This document shows positions 12,763 to 24,473 of a DNA stretch of 64,000 nucleotides, one piece after another. How positions within the stretch are numbered: position 1 is the stretch's first letter; every line of letters starts with the position of its first letter. The notes under the pieces were generated by a model. It saw only the letters and a program-made list of their open reading frames with translations. It searched no databases and was not told where the DNA came from. Origin of the DNA: Raillietiella orientalis (taxonomy: Eukaryota); NCBI GenBank assembly GCA_036172245.1, contig JAYWIR010000022.1, forward strand, positions 1,860,001 to 1,924,000, given 5' to 3'. A program made the position numbers and the translations under genes.

Positions 12763-13949
12763 GCGGGAGGTCCGCTCGCTCTCCTGTCTCCCCTTCCCTG
12801 AAAACGAGTCAGGGAAAAGGTAGAGGCCCTTTCCTCTCGAGGATGAAAATGCCCGGTGAAGAAGAAGGAAGGAAGGAGGGAGCAAACAAGTTTCCGGTCA
12901 CGGAATACTTGGAGGATTTCTTAGCCGGAGCACCTCGCCCCTCCCCGGTGCAAGGAAGGAGCGACAGCGTTTCGCTGTCTTTCCGCTTCCTTTCACTCCT
13001 CCTCCCCTTCTCTCCTTCCCACCTCCGTGCCACGTGGTGGTCCTCGCTGTCGTTGTTGTGCCGTGTTCGCAGTGTTCCTTACAGAAGGTGTTTTCCCCTC
13101 GTGATCCCAATTAAAAAAAACATTCGTCTTGTTCTCTCTCTCGATGGTTGTTTTTTTTACGTGGACCTTGACCACAGTCCTAGTGGAAGGGGGCGGCTGC
13201 CAGAGCATCCATCCTCAAGCAGCACGCGAGCTTATCGGCTTGCGCATGAAGGCACTCATGAGGCCGACCTCCCATCCCGAGGCCGCTTAATTGGTGACGG
13301 ACCAAGCGCCAGGAACAATGGTTCCATGTATCTCGTCCTTCCCCCCCCATATACAACCGTCCAGCCCCTTTCCCATTCCCTTCCGGACTTCTCTGGGAGA
13401 AAACCGTGAACAGTGCCCCGCCACCAGTGGTCATTCCCTTACTCCCCTCCCTTCCTTCTTCTCTATAAACCGACATTTCGGCCATTTGGAGCTCGCCCTT
13501 CGGCCCTGTCAACCACTTTTGCTCCCAAGGACGGCTACTGGAGCAAGGTTTTCTTCTTTTCGTCTCTCTCCCTCAACTATCACCCTCTACGAATCGTAGC
13601 ACTTGAGGAATTCGCGCCGCGCTTAGCTTTGAGCTCTCTCAGAAACCGGAATCATGTGGAGAAGTGCCCGCTTGTCGTCCCGGTCACTGCTTCCTTCTAG
13701 AAAGGATCAAGGAGGGGCGGGTAAGAAGTGAAAGGCCGCGTGACTTCCTGAACGAGCGTTCTCGCTAGCGGGAATCATTCGTTATCCCGACCGGCTGTCT
13801 CGGGTTCGAGGGTGGTCCGCGACTCCTGAAACTTCCACCGCGCTTCAGCTGCAGGCTGCTTCCTGGCCCTAAAAGGTTGCGAGGCCATTGGGCATCTCTG
13901 TCTCCCCTCCTTTCCCGCCATCAGCGTTTTGAGCGTGTGCTGCCGGACG

Positions 13950-14760
13950 TTCCCGGCAGGAGGCCTCTGCGTCTGCGGTACCCGAGGTACCACTTGGCAC
14001 GCGCACAAAACTCCCCCTCGGGGTTTTGACTTTTGGCACGCCGAACCGGGAAACTTTTTCTGGAAGTTCGCTTCCTCGCCCCCCTCCCTCTCTCTTTTCC
14101 TTCCTCTTTCTCCGTTGCACGCTCTACTGGAACATCTCCGCGGCTTTGAGGAATCACCTCTTCTCGCCATCGAGGTCGAAACCACAGTCTACCAACAACA
14201 ATCGTCGCCGATCATCAGCGCGCTGCCAACAGTCGGCGCAGCCGACATTCAGCACCAGCCCACGTCAGCCAGCCATCAATGGTCTTCCGGTAATCAGAAG
14301 CTCCAGTGTCAACTTTGTCGAATGTTTCACTAGAGCCCTCCCCTCGCCGCAATCCCTCCTTCTGGCATGCTGTGCCGGAAGCTCTCGAGGACATTTCTTT
14401 TCGGAATGCTTTGCGAGAAACTTTCGAGCCGCGTGCCTTCGAATGAGCCACCGAATGTTCCTCCGCGAGTTTGTTTAAATCCTTCAGACTTCTGCTGAGA
14501 GTTGCTGCCTGCGGGACATCGTGACTTGAGCTGACCGCTCAACGAGGCAGCCAGTTCTCAAGCCCTTCGCGACTCCGTAGAGCAGGTGCCTTTCTCCTCC
14601 TTGCATCGATGTGGGAAAGCGTCTCCTGGTTCACCAATGAACAAGGGAGGAGAAATAGAAAGACCGACCTTTTCTGTGCTCCCAAGATCTCCCTCCTCAG
14701 CCGTTTGACCATCCAGGAAAGAATGGCCAGCTGCCTTGCGGGGAGATCAGGGAACTTCGG
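13950..14760 (+). mobile_element. Decayed Ty3/gypsy integrase relic
   Basis: LYWNISAALRNHL, SVNFVECFTRALP...LLLACCAGSSRGHF (cf. SMDFITGLP...ILVVVDRFSKMAHF), MFLREFV...RDIVT, PFDHPGKNGQ (cf. AYHPQTDGQ), across stops and frameshifts. Confidence 0.5.
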
Positions 14761-15009
14761 GAGCAGTTTTAAACGAGGTGTTTCTCTGCTATCATCATCA
14801 TCATCGTTCATTTTCACCATCAGTAACGTGGTTGCTGCTGAAGGGAAGCGTTCCTTCAAATTAGAAAAATCCGCTTCATTTTCTCATTCTCTTCCTCCCG
14901 TCCCTTTGAGGTGATCTGCGTGAATTTGGACCGTCCCTGTATTCTCTTGCTTCCTCCCGAATAGAAGAATCTTCCGGGAAGGAAGGCATTTTGCTTGGAA
15001 CCTGCGCTG

Positions 15010-15180
15010 CTGTCCTCGCACCGGAAAAGCGGAAGGACCCTCCACTTTCCTGGTGTGAGGATGCACTGCCAGGGCAACTCCCAGCACTTCAGGGGATTTG
15101 TGATGCTTTCTATGAGCTGTTTGAGCAGAATGGAGACTGCATTCCCCGCAGGACCCACCTTGACTCGTTCCGCTTCCCAG
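15010..15180 (-). mobile_element. Possible LINE RT N-terminal relic
   Basis: KVGPAGNAVSILLKQLIESITNPL...PGKWRVLPLFR resembles KAPGPDGI..LLK.....I..PL...P..WK...V.PIFK. Confidence 0.3.
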
Positions 15181-17559
15181 AGGTCGCCAGGAAGGAAGGG
15201 GGAGAAAGAGAGCTTTCTCCCGCTCCCACGGTTCAAAAATTCGGAGCTTTTCGAGTTCCCACAATTTATTTTCCTGCCCGGTGAGCGACGGGGGTGGAGG
15301 AAAAGCTCGGGACAACAGGAGTCTCCATCCTCCCTTCGAGTCCAGGTGGTCGCAGCTACTGAAAAATTTGGACTTCAAGAGAGTGAGACCAAGGAATGAG
15401 GAAAGCGGATAAAAGAGTAGGCCGCTTGGAGGAAATCATGTGGATTAAGGGCACAACCCACCGTCCGCCATGCCAGAAGTCAGCCGCATCACCTTTCGTG
15501 GTGTCCTCCGCAGCTTTGAAATGCAGAACTTGACTGCTGTCTTCCAGCGTATACTGAGCTGTCGTCAGTCAAATTGAAGCAGGAGGACCTTGGCAAGGGT
15601 TGCTACGGCGACTCCTCATCATGGCTCATGAGAGCCATCTTCCGCAGAAGAGTGGCCATAAGCTCCATCACTTTCTTGCACCCCCAACTCCCCTCACTCC
15701 CTGTATCCTCATCTTGATCTTTCTGTAGGACGGTGCATAGAGGCGGGCAACGCGATGCGGTCTCCTCCGCGTACTCCTCCTGAAGCTGCACGAAACGGGA
15801 AAAAAGTTCCCTTTCTTCGTGTTGCCAGCATCTGGAGTGGAGACGAGTCTCGAGATTTCATCTTTGTCCAATTCGTCTCGCAGTGCTTGCGAGCAGGAGC
15901 AAAGGAAGAAGGAATAGGGGGATGGGCAACGGCAGAAGGATTTGTTCCCGAAGTTCTTGAATGGTCCAAGACAAAAAGCCTTTTTGAAGATTCGTTGCCT
16001 TCAGTTGCGCCATTCAGAGAGAGAAATCAGTTCCGCTTTTCGTTACGTGGATTATTCGGGATGAACCTCTCATTTGAACTTTCCACCCTGTCGCGGGTTG
16101 CATCTGGGGGTCGTGATGCACGCGTGCAGCACCAGCACGAAGAAAGGAACTGAGACAGGACCACACGAGCTTCCCGTTTATGTCTTCTGGATGCACGAGG
16201 TACGGAAGTTCCTGCTGATGAGAGCTCCGAAAATAGACCGACTTCTATTTCGTTGGAGCTGATAGAAACGACTGACATCTTGGCAGAAGGCACACCTCAA
16301 CATTCTGGAAGGGTCTTCATATCTTCCTCCTTCAGAGGAATTCGTAGAATCCCCTCTGAAAGAGCGAGAAGAGTGTGATGACCGGATGATCTCTTCCTTG
16401 ACCACCGGACACGCGTTTTCTCGTTGCTGGGCACGTGGCCTGCAGACGGAAGTGCGGCGTGCGCAAGTTGCAAAGAAAATGCACTGCGGCTCAATACAAG
16501 GCGTGAGTGGAGGCTCCGATCCTCGAATCTCCACTCGAGGAAGGCGCTTCCAGCCCGTCTCGATCGATGTGGCACGGAACACTCATAGCTGGTAGTTGAT
16601 CCGATTTCATTGCCGGGCCTTCCGCTTGGGTCGCTGATTCATCTTCCGAACGGTGCTTCCGTGCTCGCGCATCCAAGAAGATGGGAAGCGTGTATAGTCC
16701 TGTCTCAATGCTACCACCTCACGACGTCTTATCTTTCGTCGAAGCCAACAGCTCCACCTGTGGGAAGAAGGCAGTTGTGTTTCTGGAAAACCCAGATGGT
16801 TGGATGAGATGCGCGGGGGATGCAAATGTCAGGCGTTTCCATTCTCGGCCGGATGTTTCTCCGCCCTTCATTTTTCGTTCTTCTCTTCGTTTTCCATCCT
16901 TTGTAAGCATTGTTACGGTACTGCTCGTAGACATTGCCACAGTACTAGCTTGCTCTCGGGCGCACAGCTTGCACAGCTTTTATGCTGTTGAGCTCTGAGA
17001 ACCCCCTCGTATCTTTATTCTTGTTCCCACCATCGCGGTCTTTTCTCTCTCTTTGAAGACATGCAGATGAGAACATCATCATGAAACAAGCGTCTGACGT
17101 GGTTTCCACTGAGCTCAGTTTTAAGTTTTCGAGGTCTGCCTCCCCTGATGAGCCTGGAGGATGGCTTTTCCTTGCAGAGTCCACCTCTGCCAAATTTTTA
17201 TCCCTTCCATGGCAAGACAGCCCATCCCGAGGTTTCCCGCCATTCTTTGCAGACCAGTTTTATTTTCGTCGCATTGGAAGCACCCTGCAAGAGTTTCAGA
17301 TCACCGGCTCTTCTCCCATCTCATTCGAGAGGATACGCCACTAAACCTCGAATTCATGCTCCCCATCACTCCCAAGACCCATGATTCTTTTCCCCTTTGC
17401 CTCTTCAATTAAATTAAATCATGCCGCTTCGATTGAAATCCTACTCGGATCATTTGTCCCTGTGCCTTCTCTGTAAGGACACCAACGATGCTTTCCCTTT
17501 TGCGCCCAGTATTTCCGGCATTTGCGTTTCCTTCGGTTGATCTGCATTAGCAATTTGAT

Positions 17560-18100
17560 ACAGCGTTTTTCATGGAGTCAGGATGTACCCCCACACTTTT
17601 TTCTTGAATGCGAGTTTAAATTTTTCTGTTGTCGCATGGACATTTCAGAAGTATTTTGCTCATCGTTGCTGCTCATTATGAATCGTTCTGTCCAGAATGA
17701 TGCCATGAACTCGTCAGTAACTATCGTTTCCGCTCCCCTGAATCCCAAGGAAACTCTCGATATTCCGCCTTACTTCCAGTAGTGACGCTTTTCCTTTTCG
17801 ATTTCTCTCTGCTGGTGTTATTTTGACTTCACGTTTTAATGGAAATCTTCTTTGCAAGGTCACTTCTCCCGTCCCCAACAGTTCACCTGTCACTTTTCCC
17901 GCAGTTGGTGACTTTATAAACTCTCCAGAGTGATAAAAAAAAAACAAATCGGTTCCCGTTTTCCTTCCTGCATTGCTTAGTTTGCAGGTACACTTCACCT
18001 TTTCGTGTTCCTCATACTCACATGTGTGGACTGTTGAGAAACGCAAGCACGATGATGCTACTCTCACCCCACTGTTGCTTTGATCCCAATAAGGATGTAC
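17560..18100 (-). mobile_element. Possible gypsy integrase core relic
   Basis: GFRGAETIVTDEFMASFWTE...SVGVHPDS (cf. GxPETIVTDxGxQFxSxFW...TAYHPQS). Confidence 0.3.
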
Positions 18101-18379
18101 CCAGGGTTGCAGAAGCGAATACTTGACTATGTGAAGCAAAAAAAAAATCATTTATAACGGCAAGAGACTGCTCTGGTGATAAGGTACTGTTTCACATAGA
18201 CCAATGAAAACATTCTTTTCTCCAAAGAAGGGAATCCTCATGTAGATTTATTTTAGATCCATCCCTACTAGTCCACCTCTAATCAGGCATCACGTTTCGG
18301 GCTGCCCGAAAATTTCTAGGAAAGATTTTATTCGGAAGAAGCCGAATTGAAACGTATTGAAGACCTCCTCACCACCTCT

Positions 18380-19600
18380 CTTCGAGCTATTCGTTCTCTT
18401 AAATCTGTCTTTTACCAGATGAGAGATCTTTGAGCTGTTCCAAAAGTTCAAGAGGCTCCACATAGTAACAGCAGGGCTCTCTAACCGTCAAAGCATGTCT
18501 CGTGAGTCTCTTAAGGCATAGTGACTCTTCTGAGTTTTGGAGGACACCGAGAAACTCTGAAAACGCTAGCGAAGAAATCCTGCAAAAACTGCTCTTGTCA
18601 TCAAGATGAGATAGATTTTCTGTTTCAAGTATCTGTACTTTCTGTCCACTCCCTTGCAGTCCATCTCCTTTTATATAGGATTTTGCTCAGATAAGCGGCC
18701 CGATCTCGAACCTCTTTTGGCATTTCTTTAGGGAGCTCAGTCCGAAGAAAAGAGTATCAGCAGCTGAACTCCATTCTCTGAACCTTTGCTTGGACCTTCC
18801 TGTTCGCTTCGAGATAGCAAACTCGTGTGGGGGGTATTCCAAGGAAATACATCAGAGGACTAAGAGTCCTCACTCTCTATGCAGGATCTACTTCATCTAT
18901 CTGTTTCAGCAGCACACAATCACTTAAAAACATTCTGGTAGAACTCCAGCATGCTTAACATATGGTATTGCTTTCAGCTCGTTCCCCATTTTTCTGACTA
19001 CAGAAAACGCTTCCTGCCTTCTGCCTTGGCACTCCTTTCTCTAGAAGAATAATCCTCGCATTTTTAAAATAAGCAATACACGCTCCGTGTATGAAGTAAA
19101 TTTTGGGCTGTTACACCAATGGTTCCTGAACGAAGAAAACTGCCGTCAAAACGTGTTTCTCGTAAAACCGCAAAGAACAGTGAGAATAGATAACCAAGCA
19201 TTCGGAAAGTAGAAATTTCTTGCTCTTGTCCCTTTATTGAAACCTGCAAGAGCGATGGTTTCATGGTTCGGAAACTATAAAGAAGCTTTGTACTTCTTGA
19301 AAAAGACACAGTACCCTAGATCTTGTACCATCCCTTCTAATAAGTTTCACTGATGAGTTTCCTTGCCAATGAGGTGTCTCTGAAAAAAATAAATAAATTG
19401 CAAGAACATAGGCGAAAAATGGCTCAGGAAGAATGGGGCATTCCAATCGGACAGGATTCGAGGGAACAGGACAAAACCCACAAAGACAAACATCAAATGG
19501 TCTGCTATGCGGCACGCGAATCGGGTTCAATACAATTTCCTTCTATCAAACGCCATTGGCAATCAATCTATCGCACTTGGAGTACTCCGTCACTTTCCAT
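18380..19600 (-). mobile_element. Decayed LINE (CR1/L2-like) ORF2 reverse transcriptase relic
   Basis: Ordered motifs on the - strand: CVFFKKYKASL*FPNHE (cf. VFLDxxKAFDxVNH), LEKGVPRQ (cf. GVPQGS), SSTRMFLSDCVLLKQI (cf. SxIRLFADDCVLYRxI), RKYRYLK (cf. YKYLG), VTMWSL (cf. VWSP). Confidence 0.5.
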
Positions 19601-20593
19601 CAGGCACAGCGATTTCACAGCCCATATATTTGCTTTTTCTTACCTCTGAAGGTTAAGTTTGCAAAAGCAAACCGTTCAAAAAGTCTTAATTTTTCTGCGT
19701 TTGTCTCCAAAGCAGCTACCAAAGTCCCCATGAAATGATCGTTCAATCTCCAGGAAAATGCACACTTCTGGTGACCCCATTCCGCCAATGGACACGCAAA
19801 TGAATTTTTGAAATACCTTTCATCACGAGCAACAAATCTCCAGGTAAGCCGATAGTGGCAAGTGCCAAGCTCTAGAAGATCATCACAGCTTTATGCAAAC
19901 CTCCCGTTTTTTCTAAAACGTTCCCGTACTGAGCTCCTCGGCTCCGTTCGAATCTCATGTTTGCTTGAGACCGAATCATGCCGAGTGGCATCCAAAAATC
20001 CCTTGGAATGCTGCTCTGTTCCCAGAAGCTCTTCCCGTGATTGACTACTGAGACTATCCATTTGCAAGACGAATTTACGTCTGGAAGTTTCGCGATTCGG
20101 GTGAAGGATCGATTTTCAAAACACGCCACCGTTTTGCCGTGCACTTAAAAATAGTCGTGATGCTTCTTTGCTCGGGAGAGCTATGCTGCGTCGCCTTGGT
20201 GCATCCAGCTCGGGAGCGTGCTGGAACACCACGGAACGGTGACGGGGACGGCAAAACGGCACGCGCAGCTCCCTGTCCGGGGAGGCAGTCCATCTCGCCG
20301 GGATCGATGGAATGGCATCAGAGAAATGGTACCATCTTCCCTTTAGGCAGATGCTGAGAGTCTTCATCATTTCTGCCGTGGCTCATGGGAAAGTGATGGG
20401 CTGTTTCTTGCATGCGTTCGGCAGGTCGAGAATTTGGGAAGGGAAGGGGAAAAAGTGATTCGTAAGGGGAAGCATTTTCAAGGGAAAAGAAAAGACAAGC
20501 ATGGAGAAACAAGTGAAAGTGGACTGGTCCGAAAGACACCTGCAAGGTCACCGCTCACGCTTGCCATAAAATCTGCCATGCAGGTCCGGCGAA

Positions 20594-20596
<3 letters not shown>

Positions 20597-20634
<38 letters not shown>
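20597..20634. repeat. (TA)19 microsatellite
   Basis: Perfect dinucleotide run read directly. Confidence 0.98.
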
Positions 20635-20638
<4 letters not shown>

Positions 20639-21787
20639 GAATTTCGACAGAGATCATTCTAGAAGCTGAAATACACTGTTCATATTTGAACTCGAAATAG
20701 GTAGTCAAAAAAAAAAAGGAAATTCTTTGCTTGTTCTGTCATATTTTCCATCGTAGACGGTGTTGCCTCACCAACGTAACGCTGAATCACTTGGTAACAG
20801 CCTGTGAGCAAGGCGACAGCATCCTTGTAAAAAAGAGGTTGGGCTGGAGCTCCGAGGGTTCAGCCTGAATATAGCAACAGCAGCAACAAGGGGGAAAAAA
20901 AAACACACACACACCGCTAAAACAGAGCTAAGACAGAGGGCGTCTCGAGACTGTTCTTTTAAGCCAAGAGAGACATCTGTGAAATAAAGGGAATTTCACG
21001 GAAGATCCTTTTTCACAGTTAACATCCGTTTCTTCGAGAGTCAGAGACTCTTCACAACTGCATTCGTGAACACCCCAGCTTGAAAAGTGTACTCAAGATG
21101 CACCATCAACTCAAGATGATCAAAACGCGTACCGTGTTTAGGGATTCATTCTGACTTGTTTCCTTTCCCATTCGAATTTCAACCCAACCACGATTAAGGT
21201 TTAGCGTTGATTTCTTGGCTCTGAGAACTGACGCTTAAAAATCCCCGTCGAAGAATGTACCAAAAATACGAAGGGAAGGGTTTAACAGAAAAAATCCAAC
21301 GTTTTTGAAAGAGACCCAAACCTATGTGATCTCTTAGAGTGTGCAACTGTGAGAGAGAAACCGTACACTAAGCATAAAGTTTTAGAAGGAATCCTACATA
21401 TTTTTAGGAGTCCTCATACCTTCTAAGGAATTTATGTGATATCATAAAGGAAGATGACAACGAACTTGGGGAACTTGAATTTGCACAACTTTACACTGAA
21501 CATACCGTTTCATATACCTGAAAGAAAAACCATACGAAAGTTACATCACAGCTTATATAATTCAAATGGATTCGATGAGAAAGCCTTTGACATTTAATGG
21601 ATGATTCTACAATATTGTAACTGTTATTTGAGACCAAAGAATTGAAGGCAAGAAGGACGGAATGCAAATGCAAAGTCATCAGCTTGTCGGATTGGAATCT
21701 GAAATTTCATGAGCTCACACACCAATGTTTGATTTATTTGCATATTTATTTCCTTTTGATGTCTATAAATCAAATCCTTATGTGTTT

Positions 21788-21877
21788 CACATACACAAAC
21801 ACATACATGCACACATCCTCACATATGTGTATACATCGTTTGCATATATATATATACACATACACACATACATACAT
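21788..21877. repeat. Degenerate CA/TA compound microsatellite
   Basis: cacatacacaaacacatacatgcacaca...tatatatatatacacatacacacatacataca. Confidence 0.8.
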
Positions 21878-22703
21878 GTCTGTGTAAATCAGAGTTCACT
21901 TTTATGTGTTTCCATAGATATTAAAAGTAAACTCAATAGGAAGACATGCAATTCCGTGAGCACTGGGAATCGACTGGCAGTGGAAAGGTCTCAGCATCCA
22001 CTTGCTGCCTTCTGCTGGTCGTTGTAACGCTGAAAGCTTCGAAATCAGGAAAACAACGAAGGAGCAACCCACTGTGCACATGCGAATAGATGGGTTTTTC
22101 ATATCTACAGTGATATTAGGTCCAAGACGCTTTCCTATTACCTCACGATCCCCTTTTATAAATCCGGCATGTTTCATACACTTCACCTCACTGTGTGCAC
22201 TAAAGCAAGTACATGATTTTGATCATTTCTACCCTTCTATTCCAGTGGCAAGCAAGCAAACGAGTGCAGTGTTCAGGTGATCATTGCCATCTGTTTTACA
22301 TGAGTAAGATCAAACACGAACTGTGATGTCATCCTTTTCAGTTTAAATGAGGTTTTCTGTCTGCACTTGAAGTATATTTATACACGGTAATGAGCAGGAT
22401 TCTTTACGTATAAAAATTAAAGTCAAACAAATATTAAATTGTACTTTTGAAACTGTTCTTCTCGAGCATAAAAATGATCACGATCGTGCACAAAATTGAT
22501 GGTTACTCATGATTGTGGCGTGATAACCAAGAATATGTAATGGGAACAGTTGGAGGCATTTTGCACTCAACAAATGGACCTACCCACTTTGAGTGTTGGG
22601 CTTCTTTTAAATTAATTTGGGAAAAACTCTGATCATGCACTTGTAACCCATATACATCAATAAATGCTTCCGCTTGCACAAAATGGGCTATCAAAATCAG
22701 ACA

Positions 22704-22709
22704 TTTATT
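22704..22709 (-). terminator. Candidate poly(A) signal of ATG4
   Basis: AATAAA on the - strand about 55 nt downstream of the ATG4 stop codon. Confidence 0.55.
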
Positions 22710-22763
22710 ATTCTACTGTAATTGAGATAAGAAAAAAATGGGTTGATTATCAAGGACTGCAAT

Positions 22764-24473
22764 CTACATAAATGTATATTCTTGTACTTCATTACTCTCA
22801 CAGATATTTCCACTTTCGTCCAGAAAACTATGTTTCAGTTCAATAACACGTTGCTCAGTAGCTAAATGACAAGAATCATAATTACTTTTCCGTGTTTTAT
22901 TGATCACTGTGTAAATTGGGTACTTGTTCATATCTTGCAATGCTTGTTGTATCTGAAGATTTTTTATGTACATGAAAAAAGGGTTCTCCTCTCTTACATT
23001 TTGAGAATCAGTGATAAATGATTCCAAATCTTCTCGTGTTTCACAATAAAAGGCCACAGAACAGGAAGGATCCAAATTTTTGAAAGGCATTTTCTTTGGT
23101 GTTGAACAATGATAAGAATCCAGTTGAAAATGTGATCCAGAAACAGCTGTTTGGCAATAATGGGGATCCAAATAAATCAAATGATTGCCTACAAAAAGTT
23201 GAGTATGCAAACAGTTGCATACTCACCCTGCCATCCAACAAAATATACTGAATGTCGTGGCTTTCCTCCTATCATTCCTATGTAATTTTGAAGACTCATT
23301 AATTGTTGTAAAAGACTTTTGTAATAAGGATCAAATTTTTGAATTCCCAGTCTCACAGGAATCAGAATGAGAATGCTATTCCAATGATTTTTCCTATCTG
23401 ACAAACATGAGGATTGTTGAGCATCAGGAGCTTCAATATTTTGATGGTTACAGCACATATCCCAAATTTCCGGAATATATACTGGTGAATCAGTATGATA
23501 CACCATCACTGCTCTGCTACATACCTGTGCAATCAAGGGCCACATGCACTAACAAATTGTGTAGAAAAGCATGGTGCTGCTGAGCTTGCTTCAAAGCTTC
23601 TCTGTAATACAAGTATTTGCAAAAATGCCATCAATAACAACTCACCTTAATATATGAGCACCAGTTCCTGGACTATACCAATCACCAGCTTGTTTTCCAA
23701 AATTGTGACCAGCTGCAACCAGATTTTGAATTGAAAATGGGCTTCTGTCAGGATATGGATCATCCAAAAAAAGCTGCACTATTTCTCTGCGTACATCTGT
23801 GCAATGTGCTTTAGAGAGCCAATCTATACAAAAACTATTGCTTAAAACAAATAACATGAAAAATTAAGTAGCTCTTCCATGTAATCAATTAGTAAACACA
23901 TTATTACTGTCTCAGTTTTTCAAATATACATTTAAGAAACAAACTGTAACAACAAAAGATTATTTCCGTTTCTTACCTTTTCCATTTTTATGGGCACATA
24001 TGACTTGAGCAAACAGCATTTGCACACTTCGAAGCATGCAGCCCCAGCCACAGTCTGTATTGAAAGAATTTTTTAATAATGATGGGATATGTCTTCTATA
24101 TGTGAACCAGAAGAGAGAAGAAAAATCATTATGAAACTGTTTAAACCAATTTTCACTTTTTTTCAATTTCGCTGTTTTCCTATTTTCCAGTGATTCATAA
24201 ACTCTTCCCAGAAACCAAATGGGCTCATCAGTGAATGAACTTTTCATTTGGAAACCTAATGGCAATTAAATAGAATCGTCATTAGTAGAAAATAAACTTC
24301 GAACACTTAATTAAATAATCAGTTCTAATATTGCTTTTACCATATTTCATATAGTTATATACATCTAAAATTTTATGGACCCCCGTAGTTGATGGTTTTG
24401 ATATTTCATTATGCTTGGCATCAGAGCAACTTTCATTTTCGAAACCTGGACCATGACTCATACTTGCAAGCAT
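22764..24473 (-). CDS. ATG4: Autophagy cysteine protease ATG4 (peptidase C54), ATG4C/D-type; exons 24473-24341, 24255-23977, 23823-23646, 23601-23525, 23481-23227, 23188-22998, 22952-22764; 433 aa
   Basis: Spliced translation contains YNYMKYG (C/D-type WNNxKYG), PIWFLG, DFSSLFWFTYRR, TDCGWGCMLRS (catalytic Cys), GKQAGDWY, VHVALDCTVY, LILIPVRLG, IGMIGGKPRHSVYFVG, LIYLDPHYCQ (catalytic Asp/His), SYHC, LDPSC. All six introns are GT-AG and phase-consistent; exon lengths total 1302 nt. Confidence 0.96.

Noticed and set aside
12027..13409. 460-aa overlapping ORF
   Set aside because: Alternate-frame shadow of the GC-rich BTB exon plus 3' flank; R/G/P-rich with no recognisable domain.
22150..22300. 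Ankyrin-like fragment on the - strand (NTAL...LACHWNRRVEMIK)
   Set aside because: Needs a frameshift, is flanked by stops, and is a single short unit.
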